From NCBI GenBank assembly GCA_021324305.1, contig JAJPJI010000029.1, positions 9,170 through 73,169 of the forward strand: 64,000 nucleotides of DNA. Reading direction: 5' to 3'. Positions within the stretch are counted from its first letter, which is position 1. Each line of letters begins with the position of its first letter. The DNA comes from Gammaproteobacteria bacterium (GTDB taxonomy: Bacteria; Pseudomonadota; Gammaproteobacteria; DSM-16500). The position numbers were made by a program, and so were the translations under genes. Positions 1 through 11,608 of the stretch are shown here, piece after piece. A model generated the notes under the pieces. It ran no database searches. It worked only from the letters and a program-made list of their open reading frames with translations, and had not been told where the DNA came from.

Positions 1-965
1 AACAACCTGATTGTCATCCCGGCAGGAAGCAGCTGAGGATATTGGCCTAATACTTTTGCCAGCGATTCGAGAATTGGTATTTCATTATCAAAAATATTAA
101 TCGTCACATCAGCTTGTTCCGGGTTGATCTGCAATGCTTTCAGCACATGAATCATGGCATCGTGCGCAAGTGCGTAGACAACCGTGAGCTTGGTCTTGTC
201 GTAAATATAGCAGGCATGATCAAGATGCACTGGTTTCTTGCCGGTTCGCTTCGTGAGTTCTTCCACTACTTTCCGGAAACTGACACCGCGCTCAAAATAG
301 CTGTATTCAACTTCATCTTTGGAATTGAATTTCGCATGTCCATAAACATCGCCCATGCTGAATTCACTAACGCTGCAAGTGATGCCGTATGATTTCAACT
401 GTTGATTAAAATACTCGGTCAAATCCAGCATGCTCAGATAAATCGAAGCGGTTGCATTCTGCTCCATGCCTGCATGATCATGAATATATGATTGCCGATT
501 GGTAGACATGGTCACAACCAGATGTTTTATTTCTTCAATAACGGACTGTCTGGATAAATACAATATCAAGTCCTCGTTAGCCCGGTAAAAAATCTGCTTC
601 ATTATCAGCGGACTCAATTTATCCAGACAGCCAATAAATTCAGAAAGTATTTTTATTTCCGCATGTTTTTTCTGGAATCCTGGTATAAAAGGGCTTAACT
701 TGCCGTAGACGTCTTTAATGCGTTTTTTTAACGCCGGATTCTGGATTTCCTGTTCAGCAAACGACATGGTTTCCGCATCGTTAAGCATATTGATGACCTG
801 GATACGTAAATAATCCTCATCACATTCTGTGTGCTTTTTTTTGTAAGAGGACAAAAAATCGTAGTATTTATCAATAATCTTGCCAAGGAGACGCGTATAC
901 TTTTTCAGGCTGAACAAACACCCATCTGCATCGAATGCATCGAATCTCACACGCGTCAGGGACAT
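1..965 (-). CDS. HAD-superfamily-like hypothetical protein, putative effector (3' end runs off the window)
   Basis: Not in the ORF track. Manual translation from ATG at 965 (GGAG upstream) is open to base 1: MSLTRVRFDAFDADGCLF...STNRQS...YDKTKLTVVY...IFDNE. DxDGCL at the N-terminus resembles HAD motif I. Confidence 0.75.
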   Translation of the reverse strand, partial: MSLTRVRFDAFDADGCLFSLKKYTRLLGKIIDKYYDFLSSYKKKHTECDEDYLRIQVINMLNDAETMSFAEQEIQNPALKKRIKDVYGKLSPFIPGFQKKHAEIKILSEFIGCLDKLSPLIMKQIFYRANEDLILYLSRQSVIEEIKHLVVTMSTNRQSYIHDHAGMEQNATASIYLSMLDLTEYFNQQLKSYGITCSVSEFSMGDVYGHAKFNSKDEVEYSYFERGVSFRKVVEELTKRTGKKPVHLDHACYIYDKTKLTVVYALAHDAMIHVLKALQINPEQADVTINIFDNEIPILESLAKVLGQYPQLLPAGMTIRL

Positions 966-993
966 ATGGGAGGCTCCGGAAATTCAATAAACT

Positions 994-2148
994 CTATTTT
1001 CTATTCATGACTTCCATCACCGCCTCGGATATGCAGCTGGCGGAATCCGTTCGTAACTCTTTGTGGAGCTGCGTGAATTTACTTTCCAGCGCATGCACCT
1101 TTTCAGGATGGTCCAGATAATCGAGAATATGTTCGCATATTGTTTCTGGTCTGGCTGCATCCTGAATCAATTCAGGTACCAATAATTGATTGCCAAGAAG
1201 ATTAGGCAATCCAGCGAATGGTGTTTTGACAAGCAGCCTGGCTAATTGATAGGTAAAACGCGACATGCGATAAGCGATAATCATCGGCTTTTTAAACAAC
1301 ATAGTTTCGAGGGTCGCTGTGCCTGACGTTACCACCACCACATCAGCTGCTGCCATGATGTCCTGTGAACGTCTGGTAAAGAATTGTAACGGCAAATCCG
1401 GTGTAAACTGCTTGAAGCTCTCATAAAATTCCTGGTAACGCTGCTCATTTACATGGGCTGTCAGGAAACGCAGATTGGGACGTTGCTGCCAGGCCAGCTT
1501 TGCGGCTCGCAAAAATGGCTCCGCCATAAATTTGATTTCCTGACGCCTGCTGCCTGGCAGTAATGCGACATAGGTCGCATTCTCATCAATGCATAATGCA
1601 CGGCGGGCGGCAATCTTGTCAGGATGCAGGGGTATTTGTTCAGCCAACGGATGCCCCACGTAACGGACGGGCACTTGATGCTGCTCGTAAAATTTTGCTT
1701 CAAACGGCAATAATGTCAGCATCAAGTCCACCGCCTTTGCGATTTTATGCACCCGGTATTGCCGCCATGCCCACACACTGGGGCTGACGTAATGAACAAC
1801 AGGAATCCCTGCCTGGCGCAATTTTAATTCCAGCCCGATATTGAAGTCTGGCGCATCAATGCCGATAAAAACATCTGGCGGGTTCCTGGTGAAATGTTTG
1901 TATAAATCATGGCGCAGTTTGATCAGATCAGGCAGGCGGAACAATGGTTCGACAATACCCATGACGGCGAGACGCTCGATATCAAAAAGACTCTCGCACC
2001 CGGCAGCAATCATTGCCGGACCGCCGATTCCTTCAATTTTCAGGTTGGGATACCGTTCACGTAACGAATGAATTAACTTGGCACCAAGCAAGTCACCTGA
2101 TGCTTCACCAGCCAGAATGCCTATTCGCTTCGTTTCCTGATTATTCAC
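994..2148 (-). CDS. lpxB: Lipid-A-disaccharide synthase
   Basis: AGEASGDLLG, IDAPDFN, YVSPSVWAWR, LLPGSR and SGTATLE motifs; follows lpxA. Confidence 0.98.
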   Translation of the reverse strand: MNNQETKRIGILAGEASGDLLGAKLIHSLRERYPNLKIEGIGGPAMIAAGCESLFDIERLAVMGIVEPLFRLPDLIKLRHDLYKHFTRNPPDVFIGIDAPDFNIGLELKLRQAGIPVVHYVSPSVWAWRQYRVHKIAKAVDLMLTLLPFEAKFYEQHQVPVRYVGHPLAEQIPLHPDKIAARRALCIDENATYVALLPGSRRQEIKFMAEPFLRAAKLAWQQRPNLRFLTAHVNEQRYQEFYESFKQFTPDLPLQFFTRRSQDIMAAADVVVVTSGTATLETMLFKKPMIIAYRMSRFTYQLARLLVKTPFAGLPNLLGNQLLVPELIQDAARPETICEHILDYLDHPEKVHALESKFTQLHKELRTDSASCISEAVMEVMNRK

Positions 2149-2198
2149 GTTTACCCCTGGAATCGCTCTATGCCCTGGAAAAAAGTGGCGGCAGCGTC

Positions 2199-2963
2199 CT
2201 AACGCACTATTCCGATATTGGATGTCTCAATAAACTGAATGAGCTGATGTATTTCAGGCGTCTGCATCTTTTGTAATTCTTCGATTGCCTTGGCAACCGT
2301 TAATCCATTGCGATAAATGATTTTATACGCACGGCGAAGTTCAGTTAAAACCTCTTCTGCGAATCCGCGCCGCTGCAATCCAACCGTATTCAAGCCAAAC
2401 GGTTTTGCATAATAGCCAGACACTTTGACAAATGGCGGGACGTCCTTGATAACAACCGAGTTTGTGGCAATAAACCCATGTGCACCAACACGGCAACGCT
2501 GAAACACGCCTGAAAATCCGCCAAGAATAACATAATCCTCAATGACAGCATGTCCTGCCAATGAGGCGTTGTTTGAAAAAATAGTATGATTGCCAACAAC
2601 GCAATCATGGGCGATATGCACATATGCCATAAAAAGATTGTCATTGCCGATTTTGGTGACAACTTTGTCTTGCGCAGTACCACGGTTAAATGTGCAGAAT
2701 TCACGTATGGTATTGCCGTCACCAATCTCGAGATACGTTTTCTCACCCTTGAATTTCAGATCCTGCGGCATTTCGCCGATTGAGGAAAACTGGAAAATCC
2801 TGTTATCGCGTCCGATTCTGGTTGGACCCTGAATGACAACATGCGGCCCAATCCATGTGCCTTCACCAATTTCAACATCAGCGCCAATCACTGAATAAGG
2901 ACCAATGTGAACGTTATTCGCAATTTTTGCAGAAGGATCGATTATCGCCGTATTATGGATCAC
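2199..2963 (-). CDS. lpxA: UDP-N-acetylglucosamine O-acyltransferase
   Basis: Hexapeptide repeats, PQDLKFKGE, HIAHDC. Likely GTG start at 2963 after GAGG (ORF track starts at 2990). Confidence 0.98.
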   Translation of the reverse strand: MIHNTAIIDPSAKIANNVHIGPYSVIGADVEIGEGTWIGPHVVIQGPTRIGRDNRIFQFSSIGEMPQDLKFKGEKTYLEIGDGNTIREFCTFNRGTAQDKVVTKIGNDNLFMAYVHIAHDCVVGNHTIFSNNASLAGHAVIEDYVILGGFSGVFQRCRVGAHGFIATNSVVIKDVPPFVKVSGYYAKPFGLNTVGLQRRGFAEEVLTELRRAYKIIYRNGLTVAKAIEELQKMQTPEIHQLIQFIETSNIGIVR

Positions 2964-2967
2964 AGAC

Positions 2968-3411
2968 TTAGCCTCTTTGTTTTTGTGCACTCATGAATTC
3001 TGCCGAACATGCCAGCTCATCGCCTACATAGGCAGAACCCTCAAGCTTCCAGATTTCACGTTTGGAACGAAGAACTTTTACCTCCAGCCGCAGCTGGTCA
3101 CCTGGCTCGACAACACGGCGAAACCGCGCATTATCAATGCCGGCGAAATAATAAAGCGTTCCATCACTGGGGGAACTGTTCGTTGATTTGTAAGCGAGCA
3201 CACCCCCGGCCTGTGCCATTGCCTCGAGAATCAACACGCCTGGCATCACGGGACGGTTAGGGAAATGTCCAGTAAAAAACGCTTCATTCATGGTCACATT
3301 TTTCAGGGCGACAAGCGATTTCCCCATATCTATTTCCAGCACTCTGTCAATCAGCAGGAAGGGATAACGATGCGGTAAAAATTTTAATATCTCATGTATG
3401 TCCATGACCAT
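2968..3411 (-). CDS. fabZ: 3-hydroxyacyl-ACP dehydratase
   Basis: [17 protein letters not shown] and [14 protein letters not shown] motifs. Confidence 0.98.
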   Translation of the reverse strand: MVMDIHEILKFLPHRYPFLLIDRVLEIDMGKSLVALKNVTMNEAFFTGHFPNRPVMPGVLILEAMAQAGGVLAYKSTNSSPSDGTLYYFAGIDNARFRRVVEPGDQLRLEVKVLRSKREIWKLEGSAYVGDELACSAEFMSAQKQRG

Positions 3412-4457
3412 TATTCTTTTCTCTCTTTTAGGGCTGCTTCCAGATCTTTTACACGCTGCATTAAATTTTCCAGTCGGTGGAACCTGGCATTGTTCTTGCG
3501 GAATTCATGATTGGGCACTGCACCAACAATACCGGAAGAATAAATACCCGGCTCATGTATGGATTTTGTCACCGCAGTCATACCTGTAATCATGACATTA
3601 TCACCGATGCTGATATGACCAGCGAAACAGGTTGCTCCGCCTACCATACAATTTTTGCCAATCACGGTGCTGCCGGCGATTGCGACACATCCCGCGATAA
3701 TAGTATTCGCGCCAATATGCACGTTGTGGCCAACCTGAATCAGGTTATCCAGCTTAACGCCATCTTCAATCACCGTGTTTTCGATCGCACCGCGATCAAT
3801 GGTCGTATTCGCACCAATATCAACATCATCACCGATGATCACACTGCCAAGCTGCGGAACCTTGTGCCAGACACCTTTCTGATTGGCAAAACCAAAGCCA
3901 TCACTTCCGATCACAGCGCCGCTGGCAATGCGTGAACGCTTACCAATTTTAACCTTGCTATAGAGGGTAACGCGTGCATCCAGAATAGTGGATTCATCAA
4001 TTTCAACATGATCCGCAATGATACAGCCGGGACCTATCACCACATTCGCTGCAATTTTCACATGGCTGCCAATCACGCAGTTCGCGTTGATCACAGCGGA
4101 AGAATCAATTTGGGAATCATTGCCCACAACCACAGTCGGATGAATGCCTGTGACTACTTCAGATTGGTCTGCAAAATAGCCGGCAATTTTCGCATACGTA
4201 AAATACGGATTACGACTGATAATGGCATTCACCGCACATGCTTCAGCATCGTTTTCCGTAAGAATGACTGCCGAGGCCTGCGTGGTCGCAAGATGTTTTC
4301 GATAAAGTGAATTCGTGAGAAAGGTTATGTGACCCGGCTGCGACTGCTGTATAGGGCTTATCCCGCTTATCAGACAATCAGGGTCGCCTTTAATGGTAAC
4401 ATCCAGACCGTTAATCAATTCCGATAATTTATACTGAGACTTTTTTGATGAATTCAT
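3411..4457 (-). CDS. lpxD: UDP-3-O-acylglucosamine N-acyltransferase
   Basis: Hexapeptide repeats, [29 protein letters not shown]. Likely start 4457, because the track start at 4547 lies inside a terminator hairpin. Confidence 0.97.
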   Translation of the reverse strand: MNSSKKSQYKLSELINGLDVTIKGDPDCLISGISPIQQSQPGHITFLTNSLYRKHLATTQASAVILTENDAEACAVNAIISRNPYFTYAKIAGYFADQSEVVTGIHPTVVVGNDSQIDSSAVINANCVIGSHVKIAANVVIGPGCIIADHVEIDESTILDARVTLYSKVKIGKRSRIASGAVIGSDGFGFANQKGVWHKVPQLGSVIIGDDVDIGANTTIDRGAIENTVIEDGVKLDNLIQVGHNVHIGANTIIAGCVAIAGSTVIGKNCMVGGATCFAGHISIGDNVMITGMTAVTKSIHEPGIYSSGIVGAVPNHEFRKNNARFHRLENLMQRVKDLEAALKERKE

Positions 4458-4528
4458 GACTACAAGTTTATTCACTAGATGCCGGCTTTTGCTGGGACCA
4501 AAACTAGCGCGACAAATCCAAATATTAA

Positions 4529-4563
4529 AAAAGCAAATCTCCCCCATAAAGGGGGAGATTTGA
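4529..4563 (-). terminator. Intrinsic terminator after skp
   Basis: Perfect 12-bp stem caaatctccccc/gggggagatttg with a 5-nt loop, followed on the minus strand by a U-tract. Confidence 0.8.
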
Positions 4564-4582
4564 TCAACCTTTGTAAAACGAC

Positions 4583-5119
4583 TTACTTTTTAGCGTTGAA
4601 TTGCTTTGCAACATCGCTGGTAATATCGTTTCCGCTGCCAGCAAAAATGACAGCCTGAGAATCAAGCACCAAAGCATAATTCTGGGATTTTGCAATGGAA
4701 GCAACGATACCGTTCAGATCACTCAGAATACCTTGCATGATTTTGTTTTGTTCTTTCTGCAGATCCTGCTGGTAAGCCACCACCTGTTTTACGAGATCAG
4801 CTCTGTCAGCAGCGATTTTCTTCTGCATGGCATCCTTGTCTTTCTGGCTCATTGTTGGTGATTCTTTTTTGAACTTATCTAATTCATCCTGCAGAGCCTT
4901 TTGTTCATCGCCAATTTTAGCCTGACGGTTTTTGAATTCACCTTCGAGTTTCTTGCTGAGCTCGGCGACGCGTGGTGATTGCTGCAATACTTGCTGAACA
5001 TTCACAACCGCTAACTTTAATCCAGCTGGTGCTGCTGTGTCCGCTGCAAAACCGGTTCCAGCACTTGCGGCAATCAAAAGTGCACCCACCAAAATGCCAA
5101 ATTTTTTCACGATCTTCAT
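4583..5119 (-). CDS. skp: Periplasmic chaperone Skp/OmpH
   Basis: Signal peptide, KLAVVNVQQVLQQSP, coiled coil, LVLD...DIT..V; lies between bamA and lpxD. Likely start 5119 with GGAGA RBS. Confidence 0.93.
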   Translation of the reverse strand: MKIVKKFGILVGALLIAASAGTGFAADTAAPAGLKLAVVNVQQVLQQSPRVAELSKKLEGEFKNRQAKIGDEQKALQDELDKFKKESPTMSQKDKDAMQKKIAADRADLVKQVVAYQQDLQKEQNKIMQGILSDLNGIVASIAKSQNYALVLDSQAVIFAGSGNDITSDVAKQFNAKK

Positions 5120-5219
5120 GATATTCTCCAAAATAAAATTAATTACTACAGTTCCCTTTTCTACCAAAACCCCAATACCATACCCATCTGACAAAACAGA
5201 AGCAATGATGCCATGTTTA

Positions 5220-7541
5220 TCAGAAATTCGCACCTAGAGCAAACTGGAATGTTTCACGTTCATCATGTTTGCGCAAGTTAAGCGGCTGAGCCAGACTGAG
5301 TTCAATCGGACCGAACGGCGTCAGCCAATCCGCCTCGATACCCGCCGAATAACGCAGCGGGCCAGAGTTGGTGCTTTGACCACCAAAACTTATATTATTC
5401 AATGAGCTATAGACGTTGCCAGCATCAAGGAACGCGCTGGTACGCAAGCTGTCCGAAATAAAGTTCGGGAAAATCAAGCTAACACTGCCGTCGACCAGCA
5501 TATTAGCACCAAATGGGTGATAATTCGAATCTTTTGGTCCCAGACTGTAACCCTGATAACCGCGAACGGTATCAATGCCGCCTGCATAATAATTCTTGAA
5601 GAAAGGAAAATCACGCGCGCCATGGAAACCGCTACCATAGCCAAGATTTGCCTTGCCCAGAAGAATGAATTGGCTATAAATGGGCTGATAGAATTTACCA
5701 GCATAATTGAGTGTATAAAAACTGACCGAACCTTTGTCCAACGGAGCATATGCATCCAAAAAGAGTGACTGAATGGAACCGCTGGTAGGGAAAATGGCCT
5801 TATCCCGGCTGTCACGCGAAATACCCAGTTTGAAATCAGCTTCCTGGAAATGCCGGCTATGGCGGTTAATGTAAGTATTGACCTGATTTGAGACCTTGCC
5901 AGGTATCAGATTGACCAACACGTTCTGATAACTCACCCCTGCAAGCAACCGGCTGATAGCCCGGCGCTCCTGACCTATAGGTATACCGTACAATACGCCC
6001 ATATTATATTCATTGCTGGTATAACCCGCATCCACACCAGCACCGCCTGGGTCAACTCGTGACAGCGAGAGGTTAAAGCTGCGGCTGATACCATCTTCCG
6101 TGTAATACGGATTGGTATAATCAATGCCATAGAACTGTTCATATTTGCTGCGCGAGAAATTAATACCCAGCGTATTGCCTGTGCCAAAAAAGTTTTTCTG
6201 GTTCAACCCTGCGCCAAGTATCACACGATAAACCTGTGAATAACCGACCTTGAACGATGCCTGTGCTGAGTTGTCTTCTTTAACCTTGTAATTGACATCC
6301 ACCTGGTCATCGACACCTGGTACCGGCTTGACTGACATTTCAGCTTCTTTGATATACGGCAGCAATAACAGGCGCTGCTTGGATTCATCCAGCCTGGATG
6401 TGGATGCCGGAGCAGCTTCCATCTGTTGAACTTCACGACGCAAGACAACATCGTTCGTGCGTGTGTTATCCGAGAATGTCACTTGTCTGACATAAGCACG
6501 CTTGCCGGATTTGATGTCAAACACCAGCGCAACCTGATGCATATTCTCATTTACCTGCGGACGCACAGAAATGCTTGCGAACATATAACCTTTTTCGCCG
6601 TACACTTTTGTGATCGATTTCTCGGTATCCAGCACTTTTTGTCGAGAGAATGTTTCGCCAGGCTTGATGAGAACATATTTCATCAATTCATCGCGCGGCA
6701 TCAACAAGTCGCCAGCGAGATCAACACGGTCAACAGTATATTTCTGGCCTTCTGAGACAACTATCGTCACATAGACAGATTTCCTGTCCGGCGTGACTTG
6801 CGCCTGGGCTGATTTCACCTCAAACCGCAAATAACCATGGTCCATGTAATAACCACGAATCTTCTCAACACTCGATTCGAGTTTTTCTTCAGAATAGCGA
6901 TCCGTCTGGGTGATAAATGTGGTCAGACCAGAAGTAGTAAGATCCATTTGCTTGATGAGTGTACTCTCATCGAAAACATGATTGCCTATAATGGAAATAC
7001 GGCGGACTTTGGCAACCAGGCCTTCAGAAATATCTATTTTGACCAAAACACGATTGCGCGACATGGGCGTGACATTGACATCAACTCGCGCATTATAACG
7101 TCCAAGCTGATAATACTGGTTCAAAAGACTTTGTTTGATTTTATCCAGCACTGCGGCGTTATAGACACGGCCTTCAGCAACATCCAGCGACTTCATTACG
7201 GTTGTTAACTTGTCAGTTGGAATAATGGAGTTGCCAGTGATTTTTAACTGGCCAATTGTTGGGCGCTCAACAACATGGATGATTAATGTATTGTCTTCTT
7301 TCGAGAGTGTCACCTGGTCAAAAAAACCTGTTTGATACAATGCCCTGAGAATGTCCGCCGTTTTGCCTGGCTGTAACGTCTGACCACGTTTGATAGGAAG
7401 ATAACTTTCAGCGGTTGCCGGTGTAACACGCTGTAATCCCTGGAATTCAATCCGTTTGACCACGAAAGATTGCTGGGCCCAGGCACTGCTGCCAACCAGC
7501 AGCTGTGATATCAAGATTAAAGATGCTATTTTTTTCTTCAT
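5220..7541 (-). CDS. bamA: Outer membrane protein assembly factor BamA
   Basis: POTRA repeats (IEFQGLQRV), YYAGGIDTVRGY (VRGF/Y motif), C-terminal FQFALGANF. Confidence 0.98.
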   Translation of the reverse strand: MKKKIASLILISQLLVGSSAWAQQSFVVKRIEFQGLQRVTPATAESYLPIKRGQTLQPGKTADILRALYQTGFFDQVTLSKEDNTLIIHVVERPTIGQLKITGNSIIPTDKLTTVMKSLDVAEGRVYNAAVLDKIKQSLLNQYYQLGRYNARVDVNVTPMSRNRVLVKIDISEGLVAKVRRISIIGNHVFDESTLIKQMDLTTSGLTTFITQTDRYSEEKLESSVEKIRGYYMDHGYLRFEVKSAQAQVTPDRKSVYVTIVVSEGQKYTVDRVDLAGDLLMPRDELMKYVLIKPGETFSRQKVLDTEKSITKVYGEKGYMFASISVRPQVNENMHQVALVFDIKSGKRAYVRQVTFSDNTRTNDVVLRREVQQMEAAPASTSRLDESKQRLLLLPYIKEAEMSVKPVPGVDDQVDVNYKVKEDNSAQASFKVGYSQVYRVILGAGLNQKNFFGTGNTLGINFSRSKYEQFYGIDYTNPYYTEDGISRSFNLSLSRVDPGGAGVDAGYTSNEYNMGVLYGIPIGQERRAISRLLAGVSYQNVLVNLIPGKVSNQVNTYINRHSRHFQEADFKLGISRDSRDKAIFPTSGSIQSLFLDAYAPLDKGSVSFYTLNYAGKFYQPIYSQFILLGKANLGYGSGFHGARDFPFFKNYYAGGIDTVRGYQGYSLGPKDSNYHPFGANMLVDGSVSLIFPNFISDSLRTSAFLDAGNVYSSLNNISFGGQSTNSGPLRYSAGIEADWLTPFGPIELSLAQPLNLRKHDERETFQFALGANF

Positions 7542-7657
7542 TGTATTTATGTTTTTGCAATCATTGCCAATATTGGAGCCGCTAATTATCTTGGCTTTTG
7601 AATTTAAAATCCAGTTCTTTTCAACTGGCCCATTTTATATCAAGAGAACAGCCGGGA

Positions 7658-8470
7658 TTAATCCAGATACATTCCCAGCAACAACCCGCCCATTACAAAA
7701 ACAGGTGCAGCGGCCGTCAAACTATCAATTCTGTCCAACAATCCGCCATGTCCAGGGAAAATATTTCCCGAATCCTTCAATCCACACTGGCGTTTCATCA
7801 TACTCTCAAATAAATCGCCGACAACTGAAAACATGACTGTGATAATGGAAAGCGCAATTGCCCAAGGCCACATCGCCGGCGGTATCTGGCAGAGAATCAA
7901 TGCGGCAACAGCAATAATCGTGCAAAAAATAATTGCCCCCAGAAAACCCTGCACACTTTTCCCAGGACTAACATGGGGTGCCAGTTTGGTTTTGCCCCAT
8001 CTCTTTCCTGTAAAATATGCCGCGGAATCCGCTCCCCAGATGAGGACAAACAGAAATAACAATGTATAAATGCCATCGTTTTGATTACGAATATAATTGA
8101 TTGCAGCCCAGCACGGACTTAGTACAACTATTCCCATCAGACCTCGCCAAAAAACACCACTTCCCCACCAGCTGCTGCAGCGCGGATACAGAACGACAAG
8201 CATGAATGCAAATATCCACCAAATTGAGCTGACGATAAAAATGAGTGCGACCGGAACAATAATCATCCAGGAAAGAACGAATGCGATCACCAGCAGATAC
8301 AAAACACGCTGGGAAGTTTTTTGCAGCCCCATCAGGTTAGACCATTCCCAGGCACCAACCAGAGTAATAATGGCTGTCATGACGCAAAACGGTGCTGGCG
8401 GGAGGTAAAACAAGACAAGAAGAGTGATTGGAATCAGAATAGCCGCGGTGATTATGCGTTGTTTGAGCAT
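7658..8470 (-). CDS. cdsA: Phosphatidate cytidylyltransferase
   Basis: [16 protein letters not shown] and [19 protein letters not shown] signature. Confidence 0.97.
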   Translation of the reverse strand: MLKQRIITAAILIPITLLVLFYLPPAPFCVMTAIITLVGAWEWSNLMGLQKTSQRVLYLLVIAFVLSWMIIVPVALIFIVSSIWWIFAFMLVVLYPRCSSWWGSGVFWRGLMGIVVLSPCWAAINYIRNQNDGIYTLLFLFVLIWGADSAAYFTGKRWGKTKLAPHVSPGKSVQGFLGAIIFCTIIAVAALILCQIPPAMWPWAIALSIITVMFSVVGDLFESMMKRQCGLKDSGNIFPGHGGLLDRIDSLTAAAPVFVMGGLLLGMYLD

Positions 8471-9216
8471 GCTTCTCTATCCCTGTCTTTGGTCAACTCA
8501 TTTAATTGTTCGCCGCTGTATCCAAATCGGCGCTCACGGTCTGCATAATGACGCAACGCTTTTTCCAGTTCTGCTTCATCAAAGTCTGGCCATAGTGTAT
8601 TAGTAAAATAAAGCTCCGAATAGGACAGCTGCCACAGCATAAAATTACTGATCCGCAATTCACCGCTGGTGCGTATGAACAAATCCGGATCGGGCAAATC
8701 CGCAAAAGAAAGCCTGCTGCTGATTGTTTCAGGAGTAATATCCGAACTGGTTAAATGCCCTGTTTCAATTTCTTTTGCCAGCCTGGTGACAGCCTGACAA
8801 ATATCCCATTTACCGCCGTAGTCGGCGGCAATAATCAATACCATGCCTGTATTATTGCGTGTCAGTCTTTCCACTTCGCCGATTTTCCGGCATAGCTTTT
8901 CACTGAACCGCGTACGGTCACCAATAAAACGCAATTGAATATTATGTTCATGCAGCATGGCCACTTCGCGTTCCAGACCCGTAAGGAATAATTCCATTAA
9001 ATAGCCGACTTCCTGCGCTGGACGGCGCCAGTTTTCGCTGCTGAATGCAAACAAGGACAGGACCTTGATATTGCGTTTTGCGCAATTACGTACAACTTGC
9101 CGTGCCGCTTCGACTCCGGAACGATGACCAGCAATACGCGGCATGAAACGTTGCTTGGCCCAACGACCATTTCCATCCATAATGATGGCGATATGCTGTG
9201 GCAAACTGGAACTCAT
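8452..9216 (-). CDS. uppS: Undecaprenyl diphosphate synthase
   Basis: [38 protein letters not shown]. Likely start 9216 after GAGG. Confidence 0.97.
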   Translation of the reverse strand: MSSSLPQHIAIIMDGNGRWAKQRFMPRIAGHRSGVEAARQVVRNCAKRNIKVLSLFAFSSENWRRPAQEVGYLMELFLTGLEREVAMLHEHNIQLRFIGDRTRFSEKLCRKIGEVERLTRNNTGMVLIIAADYGGKWDICQAVTRLAKEIETGHLTSSDITPETISSRLSFADLPDPDLFIRTSGELRISNFMLWQLSYSELYFTNTLWPDFDEAELEKALRHYADRERRFGYSGEQLNELTKDRDREACSNNA

Positions 9217-9254
9217 TTCAAAACCTCGTCTTGCTTCGTTCTGTTGCGTTATCA

Positions 9255-9278
9255 ACTCCGTGCCCGTTTGCACGGAGT
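9255..9278. other. Intergenic hairpin after frr
   Basis: 9-bp perfect stem actccgtgc/gcacggagt with no U-tract; possible processing or stability element. Confidence 0.45.
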
Positions 9279-9289
9279 CAACTGCTGGG

Positions 9290-9844
9290 TTATATCGCCA
9301 TGAGATCGGCTTCTTTTGCCGTCGTCAGCTGATCCACTTCAGCAACAAACTTATCCGTCAGCTTCTGAACATCATCCGATAATCGACGTTCTTCATCTTC
9401 GGTAATTTCTTTCTTCTTCAACAATTCTTTCAATTCCGCATTCGCGTCGCGACGCAAATTACGAATGCTGACACGTGCTGTCTCAGCTTCGTTGCGCACC
9501 ACTTTAATTAATTCCTTTCTTCTCTCTTCATTCAATGGCGGCATGGGTACACGAATAACTGTGCCAGCGGTAGCGGGATTGAGACCCAGGTCTGAATTCA
9601 GGATAGCTTTTTCAATGACGGACACCATGTTCTTTTCCCATGGAGTAATGGTCAAGGTACGCGCATCGGTTGCATTCACATTGGCTACCTGATTGAGTGG
9701 CATTTCATTGCCATAATAATCGACGCGGATATGATCCAGAATGCTTGGATGTGCGCGGCCTGTACGCAACTTTGCGATTTCAGCCTTGAATGAATCGATG
9801 CTTTTGCGCATTCGTGTTTCTGCGTCTTTAATAATTTTGTGCAT
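9290..9844 (-). CDS. frr: Ribosome recycling factor
   Basis: [26 protein letters not shown] motifs. Confidence 0.98.
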   Translation of the reverse strand: MHKIIKDAETRMRKSIDSFKAEIAKLRTGRAHPSILDHIRVDYYGNEMPLNQVANVNATDARTLTITPWEKNMVSVIEKAILNSDLGLNPATAGTVIRVPMPPLNEERRKELIKVVRNEAETARVSIRNLRRDANAELKELLKKKEITEDEERRLSDDVQKLTDKFVAEVDQLTTAKEADLMAI

Positions 9845-9965
9845 GAGTTTATTCTCCGTTTTCAGCCATCCCCACTGAAAAACGCGGGAAGGCTTCGATT
9901 ATTCATATGCGGTTTCACTGCGTGCCTTTATAGCCAGCACTATTGCATTTCGCTACGATGTCAGG

Positions 9966-10703
9966 CTATTCGGTGGCCTGTATCAAAGTCCCGATATCTT
10001 CGCCTAGCATGATACGCTTCAATGCGCCTTGCTTGTTCATATTAAAAACACGCAAAGGCAATCCATGATCCTGACACAATAAAATCGCTGTCAAATCCAT
10101 CACGCCAAGACGTTTGCTGATCACTTCATTATAAGAAAGCTGATGATAACGTTCAGCTTGTGGATTTTTGATAGGATCATCATTGAAAACACCTTCCACC
10201 TTGGTTGCCTTGAGTACAATATCAGCGCCGATTTCAATACCACGTAATGCTGCAGCGGAATCTGTGGTGACCAATGGATTGCCCGTGCCTGCTGAAAGAA
10301 TGACAACCTTGCCCTGCTGCAATTTATCCTGTGCCTTGGAACGATCATACTGATCAGAGATACTGGGCACGGCAAACGCAGACATCAGAGCCGTTGGAAT
10401 GGATTTTTTTTCGAGTGCATCGCGTAATGCCAGTCCATTGATGACAGTAGCAAGCATGCCCATCTGGTCAGCAGAAATTCGATCGAATCCGGCGGCGCAT
10501 AAGTCTGCGCCGCGGATCAGGTTTCCACCGCCAATGACCAAAGCAACCTGTACACCTAACTGTGTCGCTCCAGCAATTTCCTGTGCGATACGTGACAACT
10601 TGCTGGCATCAATTCCAAACAGATGATCGCCTTGCAGTGCTTCACCGCTGAGCTTGAGTAATATACGCCTGTATATTGGTTTTACAGATGCATCAGTTTC
10701 CAT
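9966..10703 (-). CDS. pyrH: Uridylate kinase
   Basis: [31 protein letters not shown]. Confidence 0.98.
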   Translation of the reverse strand: METDASVKPIYRRILLKLSGEALQGDHLFGIDASKLSRIAQEIAGATQLGVQVALVIGGGNLIRGADLCAAGFDRISADQMGMLATVINGLALRDALEKKSIPTALMSAFAVPSISDQYDRSKAQDKLQQGKVVILSAGTGNPLVTTDSAAALRGIEIGADIVLKATKVEGVFNDDPIKNPQAERYHQLSYNEVISKRLGVMDLTAILLCQDHGLPLRVFNMNKQGALKRIMLGEDIGTLIQATE

Positions 10704-10708
10704 AATTT

Positions 10709-11596
10709 TTAGCTGCCTTGCACTTGTGACATGACTGCTTCTTTAAAATCTTCTGTCACTTTTTCAATTCCTTCACCCACTTCGAAACGATGGAAAGACA
10801 ATACCTTTGCGCGATGCTTGTTGAGCAGGCTGCCAACAGTCACATCAGGATCCTTGACAAAAGGCTGTCCAGTAAGACTGACTTCATCCAGGTACTTCTT
10901 CAACCGGCCAAGCACCATTTTCTCGATGATTTCAGCTGGCTTGCCGCTGGTCGCAGCCTGAGCCATGTAAATTTCCTTTTCTTTCGCAACGATATCCTGG
11001 GGCACATTTTCAGGTGAAACAACAATAGGCTTGCTGGCTGCAATATGCATTGCGATATCACGGGCCAGATCCTTGTTATCGGTATCCAGCTCGACAATCA
11101 CACCGATACGACTGCCGTGCAGATAAGTGCCGACAGACCCAGCAGAGGGATTGCTCAGTATAATGCGGCGAACCTGAACGTTTTCACCCACTTTGGAAAC
11201 GAGTTCCTGACGGACTTCTTCCACCGTCTTGGAACCGTGACCCTGCAAAGGCAATGCAGAAAATTTGCTGACATCCTGCTCTTGTGAATGCAGGGCTGTT
11301 TCTGCAACCGCTTTCACGAATGAAGTAAAATTGGCGTCGCGAGCGACGAAGTCAGTTTCACTATTGACTTCCGCCATGACTGCCTGCTTGCCACCATCAA
11401 TCATGACAATGGCGCCTTCCGCAGCGATACGACCGGCTTTTTTTCCAGCCTTGGTAATTCCCGCCTTGCGTAATTCTTCGATTGCACGCTCCATGTCACC
11501 GTTGCTGGCAGTGAGTGCCTTCTTGCATTCCATCATGCCTGCCCCGGTACGTTCGCGTAATTCTTTTACTTGAGAAGCTGAAATATTTGCTGTCAT
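10709..11596 (-). CDS. tsf: Elongation factor Ts
   Basis: [34 protein letters not shown]. Confidence 0.99.
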   Translation of the reverse strand: MTANISASQVKELRERTGAGMMECKKALTASNGDMERAIEELRKAGITKAGKKAGRIAAEGAIVMIDGGKQAVMAEVNSETDFVARDANFTSFVKAVAETALHSQEQDVSKFSALPLQGHGSKTVEEVRQELVSKVGENVQVRRIILSNPSAGSVGTYLHGSRIGVIVELDTDNKDLARDIAMHIAASKPIVVSPENVPQDIVAKEKEIYMAQAATSGKPAEIIEKMVLGRLKKYLDEVSLTGQPFVKDPDVTVGSLLNKHRAKVLSFHRFEVGEGIEKVTEDFKEAVMSQVQGS

Positions 11597-11608
11597 ATCA
11601 TTACCTCG

